DNA of 64,000 nt. Origin: Squalus acanthias (taxonomy: Eukaryota). Below, in pieces: positions 47,956-61,964 of this stretch (the stretch's first letter is position 1; each line of letters starts with the position of its first letter). The notes beneath the pieces are model-generated. The model was not told the origin of the DNA. It did not search any database and was given only the letters and a program-made list of their open reading frames with translations. The stretch lies in the NCBI GenBank assembly GCA_030390025.1, contig JASTWF010000033.1, forward strand, positions 6,512,001 to 6,576,000. The letters are read 5' to 3'. The translations under genes were made by a program, and so were the position numbers.

Positions 47956-50900
47956 CGGTGTTTGGCCCCCAAAGTTTGGTCGGAAGTGGGGTTCCGACGT
48001 GATGGTAGCGGGGAGACCAGTATTCCTTGTAGTCTTAAAAAGAGGGCCAGCAGCTGATTATGCTTATAGACACTGGCTCAGCCGTTACCATTATTCACAT
48101 CCCATACCCTGAACGCCATGCAGCGGAGGCCAAGGGTTGTATGTTCCTTAAAGGGTTTAATGATGATACAACCACCGCGTATACAGGGAAGGCCGCTGAA
48201 CTTCAGTTGGGAGGCCTCACCTATAAGGTCCCAGCGCCCATGCTAATGACCAAACCCGGCGGAAGGGGAATTTTTGCGACTGATGTGTTGGATCAGTATG
48301 GCACGTTAATAGATTACAATCGGGACTGTTTTTGGATGGGATTAGGAAATAATGCAAAAGTGAAAGAAATTTCAGATGTTCACTCGTTTTTTGCTATTAA
48401 AAATCCATCCGAGTATGACCCTCTGGGGAGCGAAAATGAAGCTGTGGCAAAACTAATTCAGGAACACCTAGCGCTGTTTGCCACGTGCAAGCACGATTGT
48501 GGAGTAATGGCAGGCGAAGAGTCTATTGAGGACACCCCCACCCATTCACTAAACAGTACCCCATACCAAGGGAGAGTCAACCTTACATCCGAGAAACCAT
48601 AAAATCCCTAGTCGAGCAGGGTGTTGTTAGGACATGCACTTTCACAACCAATTCACCCACATGGTCGGTTAAAAAACCTGATAGCAGCTGGCGACTGACT
48701 ATTGATTATAGAAAGTTAAATTCTGTAACGCCAGCCTGCTCACCGGTAGTAAGAGAAGCTGAAAATTCTGCTGGTTCCAAGTATTCTCGACCCTCGACAT
48801 CCCCAATGGATTCTCGAGTATCCCTGTTAAAAGAGAGGACCAGTACAAATTCGCGTTCACATTTGAGGACCAGAGCCACACCTGGACATGCCTGCCTCAG
48901 GGGTTCCACAATGACCCCACGATCTTCCACAAAAAATGGCTGCAGTTTTACAAGACTTTTCCCATCCCACCTGCTTGCTACAGTACGTAGACGGTCTACT
49001 GCTGGCAACCGATAACATGGAGGAGCATCGGTCCCTTTTGCACGAACTGTTGACATTGTTGGTTCAGGCGGGACTAAAGGTGAATCCCCGTAAGGCTCAG
49101 TTGGTAATAAAACGGGTCACCTTTCTGGGAGTGTCCATTTCTCCAGAGGGGACGTCCCCCGACTCCCACAAGGTGGGGATAATAAAGCGACTACCATTAC
49201 CCACTTCCAAAACAGCCCTACGATCATTCTTGGGTTTGGTGGGGTAACAAAGCACTTAATCCCAGGCTTTGCAAATTTTGCAAAGCCCCTGCATGATTTG
49301 ATAAAACTGCAGTTGATGACAGATGCCCGGCATGACTGATGCTCACACCCAGTCCGTGACGTAATTAAAAACAGCAGTGACACAATCCGCATGTCTGATT
49401 CGTCCGGATCCCAAGCAGCCCTTCCATTTGGAGTTTGGGGCCACAGAACAAAGCCTCGCCGCAGTTCTGTGCCAAACGCGATCTAATCGACGACAGCCCA
49501 ATGCATATGCGTCTTGAAATCCTGCAGGGGGCAGAAAAGACGTATACCGCGTGCGAGCGCCACCTGCTGGCCGTCTTCTGGGCGGTACATTTTTTCAACT
49601 TTATTTCAGGGCTACAAGCGACCATCCTTCAGTGCGCTCACCCGCCTCTGAACCTACTGATGCAACCTGGAGATTCGCTAGTTTCCTCGCAGCGTCTCAG
49701 CAAATGTACATTGCAATTTATGGAAAGAGACATTGGTATCATTTCCCAACCCACCACATTGCTGCCACAATTTCTGGTTTATGAGGGGGAACCGCATGAA
49801 TCATTAACTTTGAGACCCATCCTGTGCAGAAAGTGCACATACAGGGAGCCCCAGATGTCTACATCGATGGGTCCTCATATCACATCGAGGGATCCCGCCA
49901 CACCGGGTATGCTTTGGTATTGCCAGAGTGAACCATCCAGCGACGATGCAACCGACAGTCCTCACAATATGCTGAAATCGCCGCACCTCTAACTGCCGTG
50001 AAAGAAAACTCAGATAGACCCGTTAATATTTGGTCCGATAGTGCCTATTCTATATACAGCATGCTCTCCTTGTCCCTATACCACAAAAATGACTACCGCA
50101 CAATAGACGGTAAGGCCCTGGTCCATGGGCGATGGTTATGCCTGCTCTGGTCATACCTTAAACAGTGATCCCAACCCTGCTTTATTGGAAAGGTAGCAGC
50201 CCATAGGAAACGAGTTCCACATAGTGAGGGAAATTCCAGAGCAGAGAGAGCAGCCAAGGACGCTGCGATTGATGGGGAGATAGAAGATATAGTTGTTGAG
50301 CCCTGCAATGCTATTAGCAAGGGCTCCCCAACGGATCACATAGATTTAGAATCCCTGCAGGAGCAATACTGGCCATAAGCCTTTGTAAGCGCCTGGCACG
50401 AGGAAGGCACACCCCTTCCTCAACCAACAGTCTGGGCCCCCAATACCAGACTAGCCACTGCCCCTGACTCAGCGGAGCAGTTGCTGATGTTCAAGAGAAA
50501 GCCACACACCAGAGTTGGGTCAGGAACTGCTCTCCCTCTTTCACTCCAACCCCACGGCAGGGCACTATTCGGACCTGGTAAACTTCAATGAGGTAACATC
50601 CACAGCTTGGTGATCTTCCATGTGGGAAACAATCAACCTACATGTGGCACGATGCCTATCGTGCCTGCGGCAAAATCCTCCCATGTGCACTAACCGAGCC
50701 TCGCTTCAAAGCACGCCCCCACCGCAAGGGCCATGGACTCACCATCAGATACACTTCATTGGGCCACTTCCACAGGCGCAAGGCAGTTTTCAGCATGCCC
50801 TAATGGTGGTGGATACATTCACGGCAGCCAAAACATTATTACATCAGATGTCTTGTAGGTGGGGAATACCGGTACAAGTGGACAGCGATCAAGGTTCGCA

Positions 50901-51520
50901 CTTTACCGGTAAGATTTTTACCCATCTGCAGGAAATGATGTGGATAAAACACAAACTATATATTGCTCACCACCCCCAGTCGTCCGGAGGGGCCGAAAGG
51001 TGGAACAGGACCCTCTAGTTAATGTTACAAAAATTGTGTGCGGACCACCACACTCAATGGGCTAACATGCTGCCAATGTGCTTAATGGCAATGAGGTCCA
51101 GACATCATAAGACAACAGGAGTCTCCCCATATCAGGCCATGACGGGGAGACTCATGAGAACGCCAGGCCAGCTATCACTAACGGGGATGAGCCCCTTGAC
51201 AAATGGAACCATGTAGTTCCAAATGGCTGGAACAATTGGTAGATCACACCAATCAGATGAATCGATTTGTGGTCACGAAATTGGGGAAGTCAAAAAGCCA
51301 AGTTAAAAGGTACTTTGAGAAGAACGTACATCCCTTTGAGTATCAGGTGGCGGACACCGTAATGATTCCAACTTATGGGCAAAAGAAGCATGCCTTTGAG
51401 CCCAGGAAGTGGGGACCGCATACGATTATAGTCCGATTGAATCACGCAGTTTATTTGATTCAGTTACGGGGAAAAAGGACATTGAGTACCAGAAATGCTG
51501 TCATAGTAAACAGTTAAAAA
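47956..51520 (+). pseudogene. pol: pro-pol, multiply frameshifted
   Basis: LIDTGS; WRLTIDYRKLN; TWTCLPQGFHN; LQYVDG; YTACERHLLA; second RNase H (YIDGS, WSDSAY); integrase CLSC, VDSDQGSHFT, HPQSSGGAERWN. Confidence 0.93.
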
Positions 51521-51562
51521 CTGCCAAAGAGTAAATACTACACTGATCTTTTTTTCCCACAG

Positions 51563-51769
51563 GACAGGATACGGATACAGATGACACAGAACAATCCCAT
51601 AAAAAGCAGAGCTCTACAGAAGCTAGGAGCTAGCCCATGGTGGGAAACAATGTATAATGTTAGACAACACCCCTGGCTGAGAACCCTCTCAATGCTTATG
51701 AAACTGGCACAAGCAATAATTGTAGTGGTGGGGATCATCATGAACCACATTATGCAAGCCCTGAGATGA
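51563..51769 (+). pseudogene. env: env C-terminal remnant directly after a splice acceptor
   Basis: CACTGATCTTTTTTTCCCACAG acceptor; PWWETMYNVRQHPWLRTLS + hydrophobic stretch resembles SWWDLGFNRMDLGPWVRLCS of element B. Confidence 0.6.
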
Positions 51770-51820
51770 TAAACCAAATGAGGGGTCAATAAGGATATTT
51801 CCCCCTCAAGGCGGGGAATC

Positions 51821-52511
51821 TGTAAGAATAAAAATATATATTTTGTATGTGTGATGGACTCGAGACTATTAATATAAGATGTATGTAATAAAAATGAATT
51901 TGATGTGTATGTATTCATCTCCCTGGGAGCGGAGCTCAAGGCAACGGCGCAAAACTTAACAAAAGACACCTGCATAACTGGATAACCCCCCACAGAGAAT
52001 CACCATCGAAACTCAACATTGAAACTCAAGTGCCATTAACAGGTGTTAATAAACAATTAACTGAAGCAAGAAATGGCACCAGCCATTGCAGACAGATAAA
52101 TGTTCAAAGGTAAACTAATCAAGAACTGCCATGAAACTATGACCCCTTCCTGGGGTCTTAGCAAATTAGACTAGAGACAATGGACTGAAAAAGTTGTAAA
52201 ACAAGGAACTCAAAGGCGCGCTCTCTCTCTCTCTCTGTGGTTGACCACATGGAAAAACAAGAAGCCCACCCTCTGCAGACCAGACCAAGAAGCAAGGAAA
52301 AAGCCCGTGTGCATTGCTTGACTCAGGGAAGTAAAAGTCTGTGTAAATGTAACCCATTACCTCACCTGTTGTATTCGAGTAGAGTCCATAAATAGTAGTA
52401 GACTATTGTTTGATGTGAATGCATGTGTGTGTTTAATAAACTTATTCCAACTTGTTTCAAATGAAATCGTCTTGCTGTCAATTTAATGCCAGTCGAAATA
52501 AAGAGCTTACA
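51821..52511 (+). repeat. 3' LTR of element C (691 bp)
   Basis: TGTAAG...CTTACA inverted termini; PPT AAGGCGGGGAA before it; AATAAA inside. Confidence 0.92.
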
Positions 52512-55500
52512 TATTATATTGCAAACTGATATTTCATCGCAATGTTCTATTGCATTGCAAAAGACGATTATATTGCAGTGATATTCATTGCAATGCGCTA
52601 TTTCATTGCAATTGACTATTATATTGCAAAGTAATATTCCATTGCAAAGGTCTATTGCATTGCAAATGATGATAATATTGCAAAGCGATATTCCATTGCA
52701 ATGTTTTATTGCATTGCAAAGGATGATTATATTGTAAAGCGATATTTCATTGCTATGATCTATTGCATTGCAAAAGACGATTATATTGCAGTGATATTCC
52801 ATTGCAATGTGCTATTCCATTACAAATGACTATTATATTGCAAAGTGATATTCCATTGCAGTGTTCTATTGCATTGCAAATGACTATTATATTGCAAAGT
52901 AATATTCCATTCCCATGTTCTATTGCATTGCAAATGATGATAATATTGCAAAGCGATATTCCATGGCAATGTTCTATTGCATTGCAAATGACGATTATAT
53001 TGTAAAGCGAATTGTCATTGCAATGTTCTATTGCATTGCAAAATACGATTATATTGCAGTGATATTCCATCGTAATGTGCTATTGCAATGCAAATGACGA
53101 TTATATTGCAGCGATATTCCATTGCAACGTTCCATTGCATTGCAAATGACTATTATATTGCAAATTAATATTCCATTGCAAAGGTCTATTGCATTGCAAA
53201 TGATGATAATATTGCAAAGCGATATTCCATTGCAATGTTTTATTGCATTGCAAAGGATGATTATATTGTAAAGCGATATTTCATTGCTATGATCTATTGC
53301 ATTGCAAAAGACGATAATATTGCAGTGATATTCCATTGCAATTAGCTAATACATTGCAAATGACTATTATATTGCAAAGTGATATTCCATTTCAATATTC
53401 TATTGCATTACAAATGGCGTTTATATTGCACTGATATTCATTGCAATGTGCTATTTCATTGCAAATGACTATTATATTGCAAAGTGATATTCCATTGCAG
53501 TGTTCTATTGCATTGCAAATAACTATTATATTTTAAAGTGATATTCCATTGCAATGTTCTATTACATTGCAAATGACGAATATATTGACAATTGATATTC
53601 CATTGCAATGTTCTATTGTATTGCAAATGTCTATTATGCTGCAAAGTGATATTCCATTGCAATGTTCTATTGCATTGCAAATGACGATTATTTTGCAAAT
53701 CGATGTTCCATTGCAATTTGTTATTTCATTGCAAATCACTATTAAATTACAACGTGATATTGCATTGCAATATTCTATTGTTTTGCAAATGTCTATTATA
53801 TTGCAAAATGATATTCTATTGCAATGTGCCATTGAATTGTAAAGAACTATTATATAACAACGGGATATTAGATTGCAATGTTCTATTGTATGCAAATAAC
53901 TATTATATTACAAATTGATATCCCATTGCAATCTGCAATTGCAATACAAATGACTATTATATAGCAATGTGATATAACTCTGTAATGTTCTATTGCATTG
54001 CAATTCACTTATTTTATTGCAAAGTGATGGTGCATTGCAATATTATATAGCATTACAAATGACTACTATATTCTTAAGTGACATTCCATTGCAATGTTCT
54101 ATTGCATTGCAAATGACGAGTATTTTGCAAATCGATATTCTATTGCAATTTGCTATTGCATTGCAAATGATTATTATATTAAACAATTATATTCCATTGC
54201 AATGTGCTATTGTTTTGCAAATGACGAATATATTGCAAACCGATATTCCAGTGCAATATGCTTTTGCATTGCAAATGTCTATTATATTGTGAAATGATAT
54301 TCTATTACAATGTTCTATTGCATTACAGATGACTACTATACTGTTAAATGATATTCCATTGCAATGTTCTGTTGCATTGCAAATGACTATTACATTGCAA
54401 ACTGAAATTCCATTGCAATGCGCAATTGCATTGTAAATGAATATTATAATGCAAAGTGATATTCCGTTGTAATGTTCTATTGCATTGGAAATTACTTATT
54501 TTATTGCAAAGTGATATTCCATTGCAATGTTCTGTTGCATTACAAATGACGACTATATTCTTAAATGATATTCCATTTCAATGTGCTATTGCATTGCAAA
54601 TGTCTATTATATTGCAAAGTGATATTGCATTGCAATATGCCATTGCATTGCAAAGGAATATTATATAACTACGTGATATTAGATTGCAATATTCTAATGC
54701 ATTGCAAATAACTATTATATTGCAAAGTGATATTCCATTGCGATGTGCAATTGCAATGCAAATGACTATTATATTGAAAAGTGATATTCCATTGCTATGT
54801 TCTACTGCATTGCAAATGACGATTATATTGCAAAGTGATATTCCTTTGCAATGTTTTTGCTTTGTAAATGACTATTCTATTGCAAATTAATATTCCAATG
54901 CAATATTCTATTGCATTACAAATGACTATTATATTCTTAAGTGATATTCCATTGAAATATGCTCTTGCATTGCAAATGACCTATTTTATTGCAGAATGAT
55001 AGTCCACTGAAATGTTTTATTGCATTGCAAATAACGATTACATTGCAAAGTGATATCCCACTGCAAAGTGCTATTGCATTGCAAGTGACTATTATATTGC
55101 AAAGCGATATTCCATAACAATGTGCAATTGCATTGCAAATGACTATTACATTACAAAGTGATATTCCATTGCTATGTTCTATTGCATTGCAAATGACGAT
55201 TATGTGGCAAAGTGATATTCCACTGCAAAGTGCTATTGCATTGCAAATGACGAATATATTGCAAAGTGATATTCCATTGCAATGTTCTATTGCAATGCAA
55301 ATTGGAAAAGAACATAAGAACATATGAAATAGGAGCAGGAGTAAGCCATTCGGCCCTTCGAGCCTGCTCCACCATTCAATGATATCATGGCTGATCTTCT
55401 GCCTCAACTCCATTCACCGGCCCTATCTACATATCCCTTGTTGCCCTTGCTAGTCAGAAATCTATCGACTTCTGTTTTGAATGTACCCAATGACTGATAA

Positions 55501-57305
55501 TCCACCGCCCTCTGGGGTCGAGAATTCCAAAGATTCACCACCCTCTATGTGAAGACATTTCTTCTCATCTCAGTCCTGAATGGCCTACCCTTTATCCTGA
55601 GGCTGTGACCACTGATTCGAGACTCCCCCGACAATGGAAACATTTTCCCAGCATTCACGCTATCAAGCCCTGTAATAATTTTTTATGCTTCAATGAGATC
55701 TCCTCTCATTCTTCTGATTGAAGAGAATACATGTGCTAGTTTACTCTATCTCTTCTCATACGACAGTCCCGCCATCCCAGGAATCAATCTCGTGAACCTT
55801 CGTTGCACTCCCTCTATGGCAAGAATATCCTTCCTTAGGTTAGGCGAGCAAAACTGCACACAGTACTCCAGGTGTGGTCTCACCAAGGCCCTATATAATT
55901 GTAGCGAGACGTATTTACTTCTATAATCAAATCCTGTTGTAATGAAGGCCAGCATGCCATTTGCATTCCAAATGGCTTGCTGCACCTACACATTCCCTTG
56001 CAGTGACTCATGTACAAGGACACTCAGGTCCTTTGGCCATCTGCATTCCCCAATCTTTCAACATGTAGGAAATACTCTGACTTTCTGTTTTTTCTACTAA
56101 AGTGGATAACTTCACATGTATCCACATTATATTCCATCTGCCATGTTCTCGCCCACTCCCTGAGCCTGTCGAGTTCCTCTTGAAGCATCTTCACATCCTC
56201 TTCACAACTGACACTGCTTTGTATCATCAGCAAATTTGGAAATCTTATATTTAGACTCCTCATCCAAATCATTGATATCGATTGTGAATAGCTGGAGCCA
56301 CAGCACCAATCCTTGCGGTACCCCACTAGTCACAGCCTGCCATCCTGAAAAAGGCCCGTTTATCCCTACTCTTGGTTTTCTGTCTGTTAACCAATTCTCA
56401 ATCCATGCCAGTATATTTCCCCCAATTCCATGTGCCTTAACTTTGCTCACCAACCTCTGGTGTTGGATCTTATCGAAGGACTAATGAAAATCCAAATACC
56501 CCACATCTACCGGTTCCCCTTTGTCTACTCTACTGGTTAAATCCTCAAAGAACTCCAATAGGTTTGTTAAACAGGATTTCCCTTTCATAAATCCATGTAG
56601 ACTCTGCCCAATCTTACTATTAGTTTCTAAGTGCCCAGTTATTGCATCCTTTATAATAGATTCCAGCATTTTTCCAATTACTGATGTGAGGCTAACAGGT
56701 CTGTTGTTCTCCGTTTTCTCTCTCCCTCCATTCTTAAATTATATTACAGTGATATTCCATTGTAATGTGCTATTGCATTGCAAGTGACGATTATATTGCA
56801 AAGTGATATTCCATTGCAATGTGCTATTGCATTGCAAATAACGTTTATATTGCAAAGTGATATTCCATTGCAACGTGATATTACATTGTAAAAGACTATT
56901 ATATTGCAAATTGATATTCCGTTGCAATGTTTTATTGCATTGCAAATGACTATAATATTGCAAATTGATATTGCATTGCAATGTGCTATTGCATTGGAAT
57001 GACAATTATAATGCAACGTGATATTCCATTTCAATGTGCTATTCCATTGCAAATGACGATTATATTGCCAAATGATATGCCATTGCAATGTTCTATTGCA
57101 TTACAAATGACTACGATAGTGTTAAGTGATATTCCGTTGCAATGTGCTATTGCATTGCAAATGACTATTATATTACAAAGCGATATTCCATTGCAATGTT
57201 CCATTGCATTGGAAATTACTATTATATTGCAAAGTCAGATTCCATTGCAATGTGCTGTTGCATTGCAAATGAATATTGTATTGCAAAGTGATTTTCCATT
57301 GTAAT
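52512..57305. repeat. 54-bp AT-rich satellite (52-bp variant), interrupted by a CR1
   Basis: GATATTCCATTGCAATGTGCTATTGCATTGCAAATGACTATTATATTGCAAAGT; 18-aa periodic ORFs. Confidence 0.96.
55308..56738 (-). mobile_element. CR1 3' fragment, similar to 44123-45800
   Basis: GFMKGKSCLTNLLEFFE, KFADDTK, RPHLEYCVQF; (CATAAGAA) tail. Confidence 0.93.
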
Positions 57306-57482
57306 GTTACATTGAAAGAAAATTTATAGAGGCCATTCTGATTCTTGCGATGACATTCCCTGTGCCAGACAGCAAGGAAACTCTTCTGTAATTACCGCTT
57401 CGGATTTGTCTCCTTTCTTAAAGATGGTCACGATTACGGCGTGGGAGAGCTGGATGGTATCTGGTAGCAAATGCATTTGAAC

Positions 57483-59545
57483 TATGTCTGTCTGTCTCTG
57501 TCTTTCTTTACCTCTCTCTGTCTGTTTCTGTCGCTGTCTGCGTCTCTGCCCGTAAATAATAATGCCTCTCTCTGTCCGTATATGTCTATCTGTCTCTTTC
57601 TCTGTTCTCTCTGTCTCTGTCTGTCTCTGTTTTGCTGTCTAAAAATGTCTGTCAGACTGAGTCTTGTCTGATTGTCTCTGTCTGTCTGTCTGCCCCTTTG
57701 TCTATATCTGTCGGTCTGACCGTTTCTTTCTCTGTGTATGTTGGTCTATCTCTGTCTGGTTGCCTGGGTCTCTGTCTGTCTGTTTCCATGTCTGTCTTTC
57801 ACTCTTTGGAGCTATTTCTCTTTCTCTCTTCTATCTCTGATTCTCTCGCTCTGTTGTCTCTCTCAGTCTGAGTCTGGCACTGCCTCTCTGTCTCTGCATG
57901 TCTGTGCCTGGCTGTCTGTCCATGTCTGCGTGCCTGTTTCTGTTGGTCTGTCACTCTCCGTCTTTGTCTCTGTCTCTGTCCGTTTGTTTCCCCGTCTGAA
58001 TGTGCCTCTGTCTGCCTGTCTTGTTCTCTATGTTTGATTCTCTGTCTGTGTCTGTCTATCTCTGTGTGTCTCTCTCTGGCTCTCTCTGTCTTTGTCATTC
58101 ATTCTGTCAGTTTCTGACGCTGTCTTTGTCAGCTGTCTGCCTGTCTCAGTCTGTCTGTCTGTCTCTGTGTCTCTATCTCCAACCCTGTCATTCTTTCTCT
58201 CTCTCTCTCTCTCGCTCTCTCTCTTTCTGCCAGTTGTTGTTGCTGTCGGTGTCTCTGTCCGTCTGCATCCCTTTCTCTTCCTGTCTGCCTGTCTACATCT
58301 ATTTCATTCTCTGTGTCTAACTCTATCTGGCTCTGTCAATCTGAGTCTAATCCTCTGTCTGTCCGTCTCTGCTCTGCCTTTCTGACTTTGACTGGCTCTG
58401 TTTATCTGTCTGTCTCTGCATGTCTATTTCCATCTCTCTGCCAATATGTCTCTCTCTGTTGGCTCTGCATAGCTGTCTGTCTGTCTCTGTATGTCCTTGT
58501 TGTTGTCTGTCTGTCTATGTCTGTCTGTGTCCCTGTGTGTCTGTGTCTCTGTCTGCCTGTTTGTCTGTCTGCATATTTCTGTGTTTTTCGGTCTCTCTCT
58601 GTCCATCTCTGTGTCTTTTTCTGTCTATGTTTCTCTGTCTCTGTCTGTTCTCTCACTCTCTCTCTGTCAGTTTCTGTCGCAGTCTGTGTCTCTGCCCGTC
58701 TCTGTCCCTATCTCTGTCATTCTGTCTGTTTGTGCCTATTTCTTTTCCTGCCTACCTTTGTCTGTTACTTTGTCCCTCTCTGTCTCTCTGTCTTTCTCTG
58801 TTTGTCTGTCTGTATTTGTCTCTCTGTTTCTCTCTGTCTGTTTGTATCTGTTCGCCCATGTCTCTGTCTATGTTTCTGTCTCTCTGTCTCTTTCTCGCTA
58901 TTTCTCTGGTTCTCTCCCTCTGCCGTCTCTCTCGGTCTGAGTCTGTCCGTGCCTGTCTGTCTGTCTCTACATGTCTGTCCCTGGCTGTCTGTCCATATCA
59001 GTGTGTCTGTATGTGTTGTCTGCCACTGTAGGTCTGTGTCTCTTTCTGTCTATCTCCCCCTGTCTGTCTGTCGCTGTCCCTCTCTTTCTGGCTCTGTCTG
59101 TATTTGTGTCTCTCTCTGTCTGTCTCTGTTGCTGTCTGTCTCTCTCTACCTGTCTATGCTCTCTTCTGAATGTGCCTCTGTCTGCCTGTCTCTATCTGTC
59201 TGTCAGTCTGTCCACCTGAACTCTGCCTGTGTCTCTGTGTTAGTTTCTCTGGCTATATCTGTCTGTCTCAGTCTCTATGTCGGGCTGACTTTCTCTGTCC
59301 CTCTCTCTGGCTCTGTCTGTCTTTGTCTTTCACTCTGTCAGTTTCTGTCGCTGTCTTTGTCTGCTGCCTGCCTGTCCCAGTCTCTCTGTCTGTGACTGTC
59401 ACAATTTATGTCTGTCTGTGTCTCCCTCTCACCCGCTCTGTCTGTCTTTGTCTCTCTGTCCATCTCTTTCAGTTTATGTTGCTGAATGTGTCGCTGTCCG
59501 TCTGTATCCCACTCTCTGTTTGTCTTTCTGTCTGTTTCTCGGGTC
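57483..59545. repeat. (CT/GT/CTGT)n low-complexity tract
   Basis: Visible directly. Confidence 0.95.
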
Positions 59546-59549
59546 TGCT

Positions 59550-60450
59550 ACTAGTTTGAGTGCTGTAATAGTTTGAGGTGCTGTTTTTGCTTGAGGAGCT
59601 GTATTAATTGAGAGTCTGTATTAATTTGAAATACTGTATTAGGTTGCGGTGTTGTATTAGGTTGAGGTGTTGTATTACAGTGCGTTGATGTAGTAATTTA
59701 AGGGTCTGCATTATTTTAGGTAATGTGCTAGTTTCAGGGGCTTCATTAGTTTGAGGTACTGTATTAGTATGAGGTACTGTATTAGGTTGAGGTGCTGTAT
59801 TAGTTTGAGGTACTCTATTAGTTTGATGTACTCTATTAGTTTGAGGGCCTGTATTAGTTTGAGGGGCTGTATTAGTTTGAGGGGCTGTATTAGTTTGAGG
59901 TACTGTATTAGTTTGATGTACTCTATTAGTTTGAGGGGCTGTATTAGTTTGAGGGGCTGTATTAGTTTGAGGGGCTGTATTAGTTTGAGGTACTGTATTA
60001 GTTTGAGAGGCTGTATTAGGTTGAGGTGCTGTATCAGTTTGAGGTACTCTATTAGTTTGATGTACTCTATTAGTTTGAGGGGCTGTATTAGTTTGAGGGG
60101 CTGTATTAGTTTGAGGTACTGTATTAGTTTTAGGTACTGTTTTTGATTGAGGTACTGTATTAGATTAAGTGGCTTTATTAGTTTGAGGTACTGTATTAGT
60201 ATGAGGTACTGTATTAGGTTGAGGTGCTGTATTAGTTTGAGGTACTCTACTAGTTTGAGGTACTCCAGTAGTTTGAGGGGCTGTATTAGTTTGACGCACT
60301 GTATTAGTTTGAGGAGCTGTATTTGTTTGAGGGGCTGTATTAGTTTGAGGGGCTGTATTAGTTTGAGGCACTGTATTAGTTTGTGGAGCTGTATTAGTTT
60401 GAGGGGCTGTATTAGTTTGAGGGGCTGTATTATTTTGAGGTGCTGTATTA
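59550..60450. repeat. 18-bp minisatellite GTATTAGTTTGAGGGGCT
   Basis: Visible directly; 6-aa periodic ORFs. Confidence 0.95.
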
Positions 60451-60454
60451 CACT

Positions 60455-60705
60455 TCATCCCAGGGGCCATGTATTAATGGGAGTATCTGTCACTGTAGAA
60501 TTGTACTGAGTGTGGGTCACTGACCGCAGTGGAACACCTGACCCCAGTGGACATGTATTGGTAGGAGTATCTGTCACTGTAGAATTGTAGTGAGTGTGGG
60601 TCACTAACCGGAGTGGAACACCTGACCCCATTGGCCACGTATTACTGGGAGTATCTGTCACTGTAGAACTGCACTGAGTGTGGATCACTAAATGGAGTGG
60701 AAAAA
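60455..60705. repeat. 84-bp tandem repeat, ~3 copies
   Basis: GAGTATCTGTCACTGTAGAA at 60481, 60565 and 60649. Confidence 0.92.
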
Positions 60706-60849
60706 CTCGGTTCCAATTTGAAATTATTGTTTTAGATGACTAATCTCTCTCCTTCATGTAGCTGCATTCGTGTTTTCCGAATGTAATCAAATGGCAAAGA
60801 GAAGATTTTTGCTTTTGGTTGAAGAAGTTTAGTTATAAGCATATGAGAC

Positions 60850-61345
60850 GCTGCAACGATTGTTCACTAGATTGATTCCTGGGATGAGAGGGCTGTCCTA
60901 TGTTAAAATAATGTTTAGAATGTGCCTATACTCTCTGATGTTTTGGAGAATGAGAGGTGATCCCATTGAAACATACAAGGTTCTGAAGGGGATTGCCAGG
61001 GTAGATGCTGAGAGCTTGTTTCTCCTGGCTGGAGTGTCTAGAACTAGGGGGCATAGTATCAGGATAAGGAGCAGGCCTTTTTTGACCGAGATGAGAAGGA
61101 ATTTCTGCGCTCAGAAGTTTTTGAATTTTTGAAATTCTCTGCCCCTGACGTCTGTGAATGCTGAGTCTTTGAATATATTCAAGACTGAGATAGATGAATC
61201 TTTGGACTCAAGGCGAATCAAGAGATAGTGAGATCGGGCAGGAAAGGGCTATTGAGGTCGATGATCAGCCATGATCTTATTGAATGGTGAGCTGGATCGA
61301 GGGGCCGTATGGACTACTGCTGCTCATATTTCTTATGTTCTTATG
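60850..61345 (+). mobile_element. CR1 3' fragment
   Basis: FTRLIPGMRGLSY...TEMRRNF; (TTCTTATG) tail. Confidence 0.88.
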
Positions 61346-61964
61346 TTCATATTTAAGGTGAAATGTATTGATAATACTTTGTTTCCTATTGAACTGCACC
61401 AACATAAACAGATGTTAACTAATTACTGGCAGATAAACAGCAGGACAGCAGTGTTACATTATTCAAATTCTCTGTATAATGAATTATTCTTATTCTATCT
61501 ATAGTTATTGTAAACATTTTAATTGATTTGCTGCTGAATAATCTCCTTCCCCCAAAACGGTCCTGAGAATCTGTGGGTCATGAGTGCTGAATTTCATTAT
61601 GTTACCTTTCGACGGGAAGAATATTGAGCTGTGGTTATTGATTAATCCACTTCTGTAACTTATTACGTTTTGACGAACCAGTTCTTATCTCTTATTCAGA
61701 GTCTCTACACAGGTAACCTGCAACGATCTCTGGCCTTAGCTCAGTGAGGTGAGTCCCTGCGAGGAGGGACACGTATAACTGAAGAACATGCATATCAGGT
61801 TTTCACAATAGAGGTATCAGTCCCAGGTGCATTTAATAATATCATTCATAAATTGATAATAATGTAATATATAGGGCAATGCTACAATAAATAAAACACT
61901 TCAATATCCACAATGATTAAATGAACTGATGAATTGTGATTAATTTTACTCAAGTTACGGAGAA

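Larger units (their letters stand above)
44085..52511 (+). mobile_element. Defective provirus C: LTR-PBS-gag-pro-RT-connection-RNase H-IN-deleted env-PPT-LTR
   Basis: All component motifs occur in retroviral order. Confidence 0.92.

Noticed and set aside
52362..57304. Cys-rich 18-aa repeat ORFs
   Set aside because: Satellite translation on both strands, with frequent frame breaks from 52-bp units.
57471..59559. 360-aa and other Cys/Leu/Ser/Val-rich ORFs
   Set aside because: A CT/GT microsatellite lacks stop codons by composition.
59751..60509. PQTNTA mucin-like repeat ORF
   Set aside because: 18-bp minisatellite with no signal peptide or exon context.
61683..61830. Possible small exon (TTATTCAG...GAG/GTGAGT), GTCCC/GGGAC hairpin and CTGAAGA as a hammerhead core
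   Set aside because: No partner exons or recognisable peptide, and no helix II-GAAA following the core.
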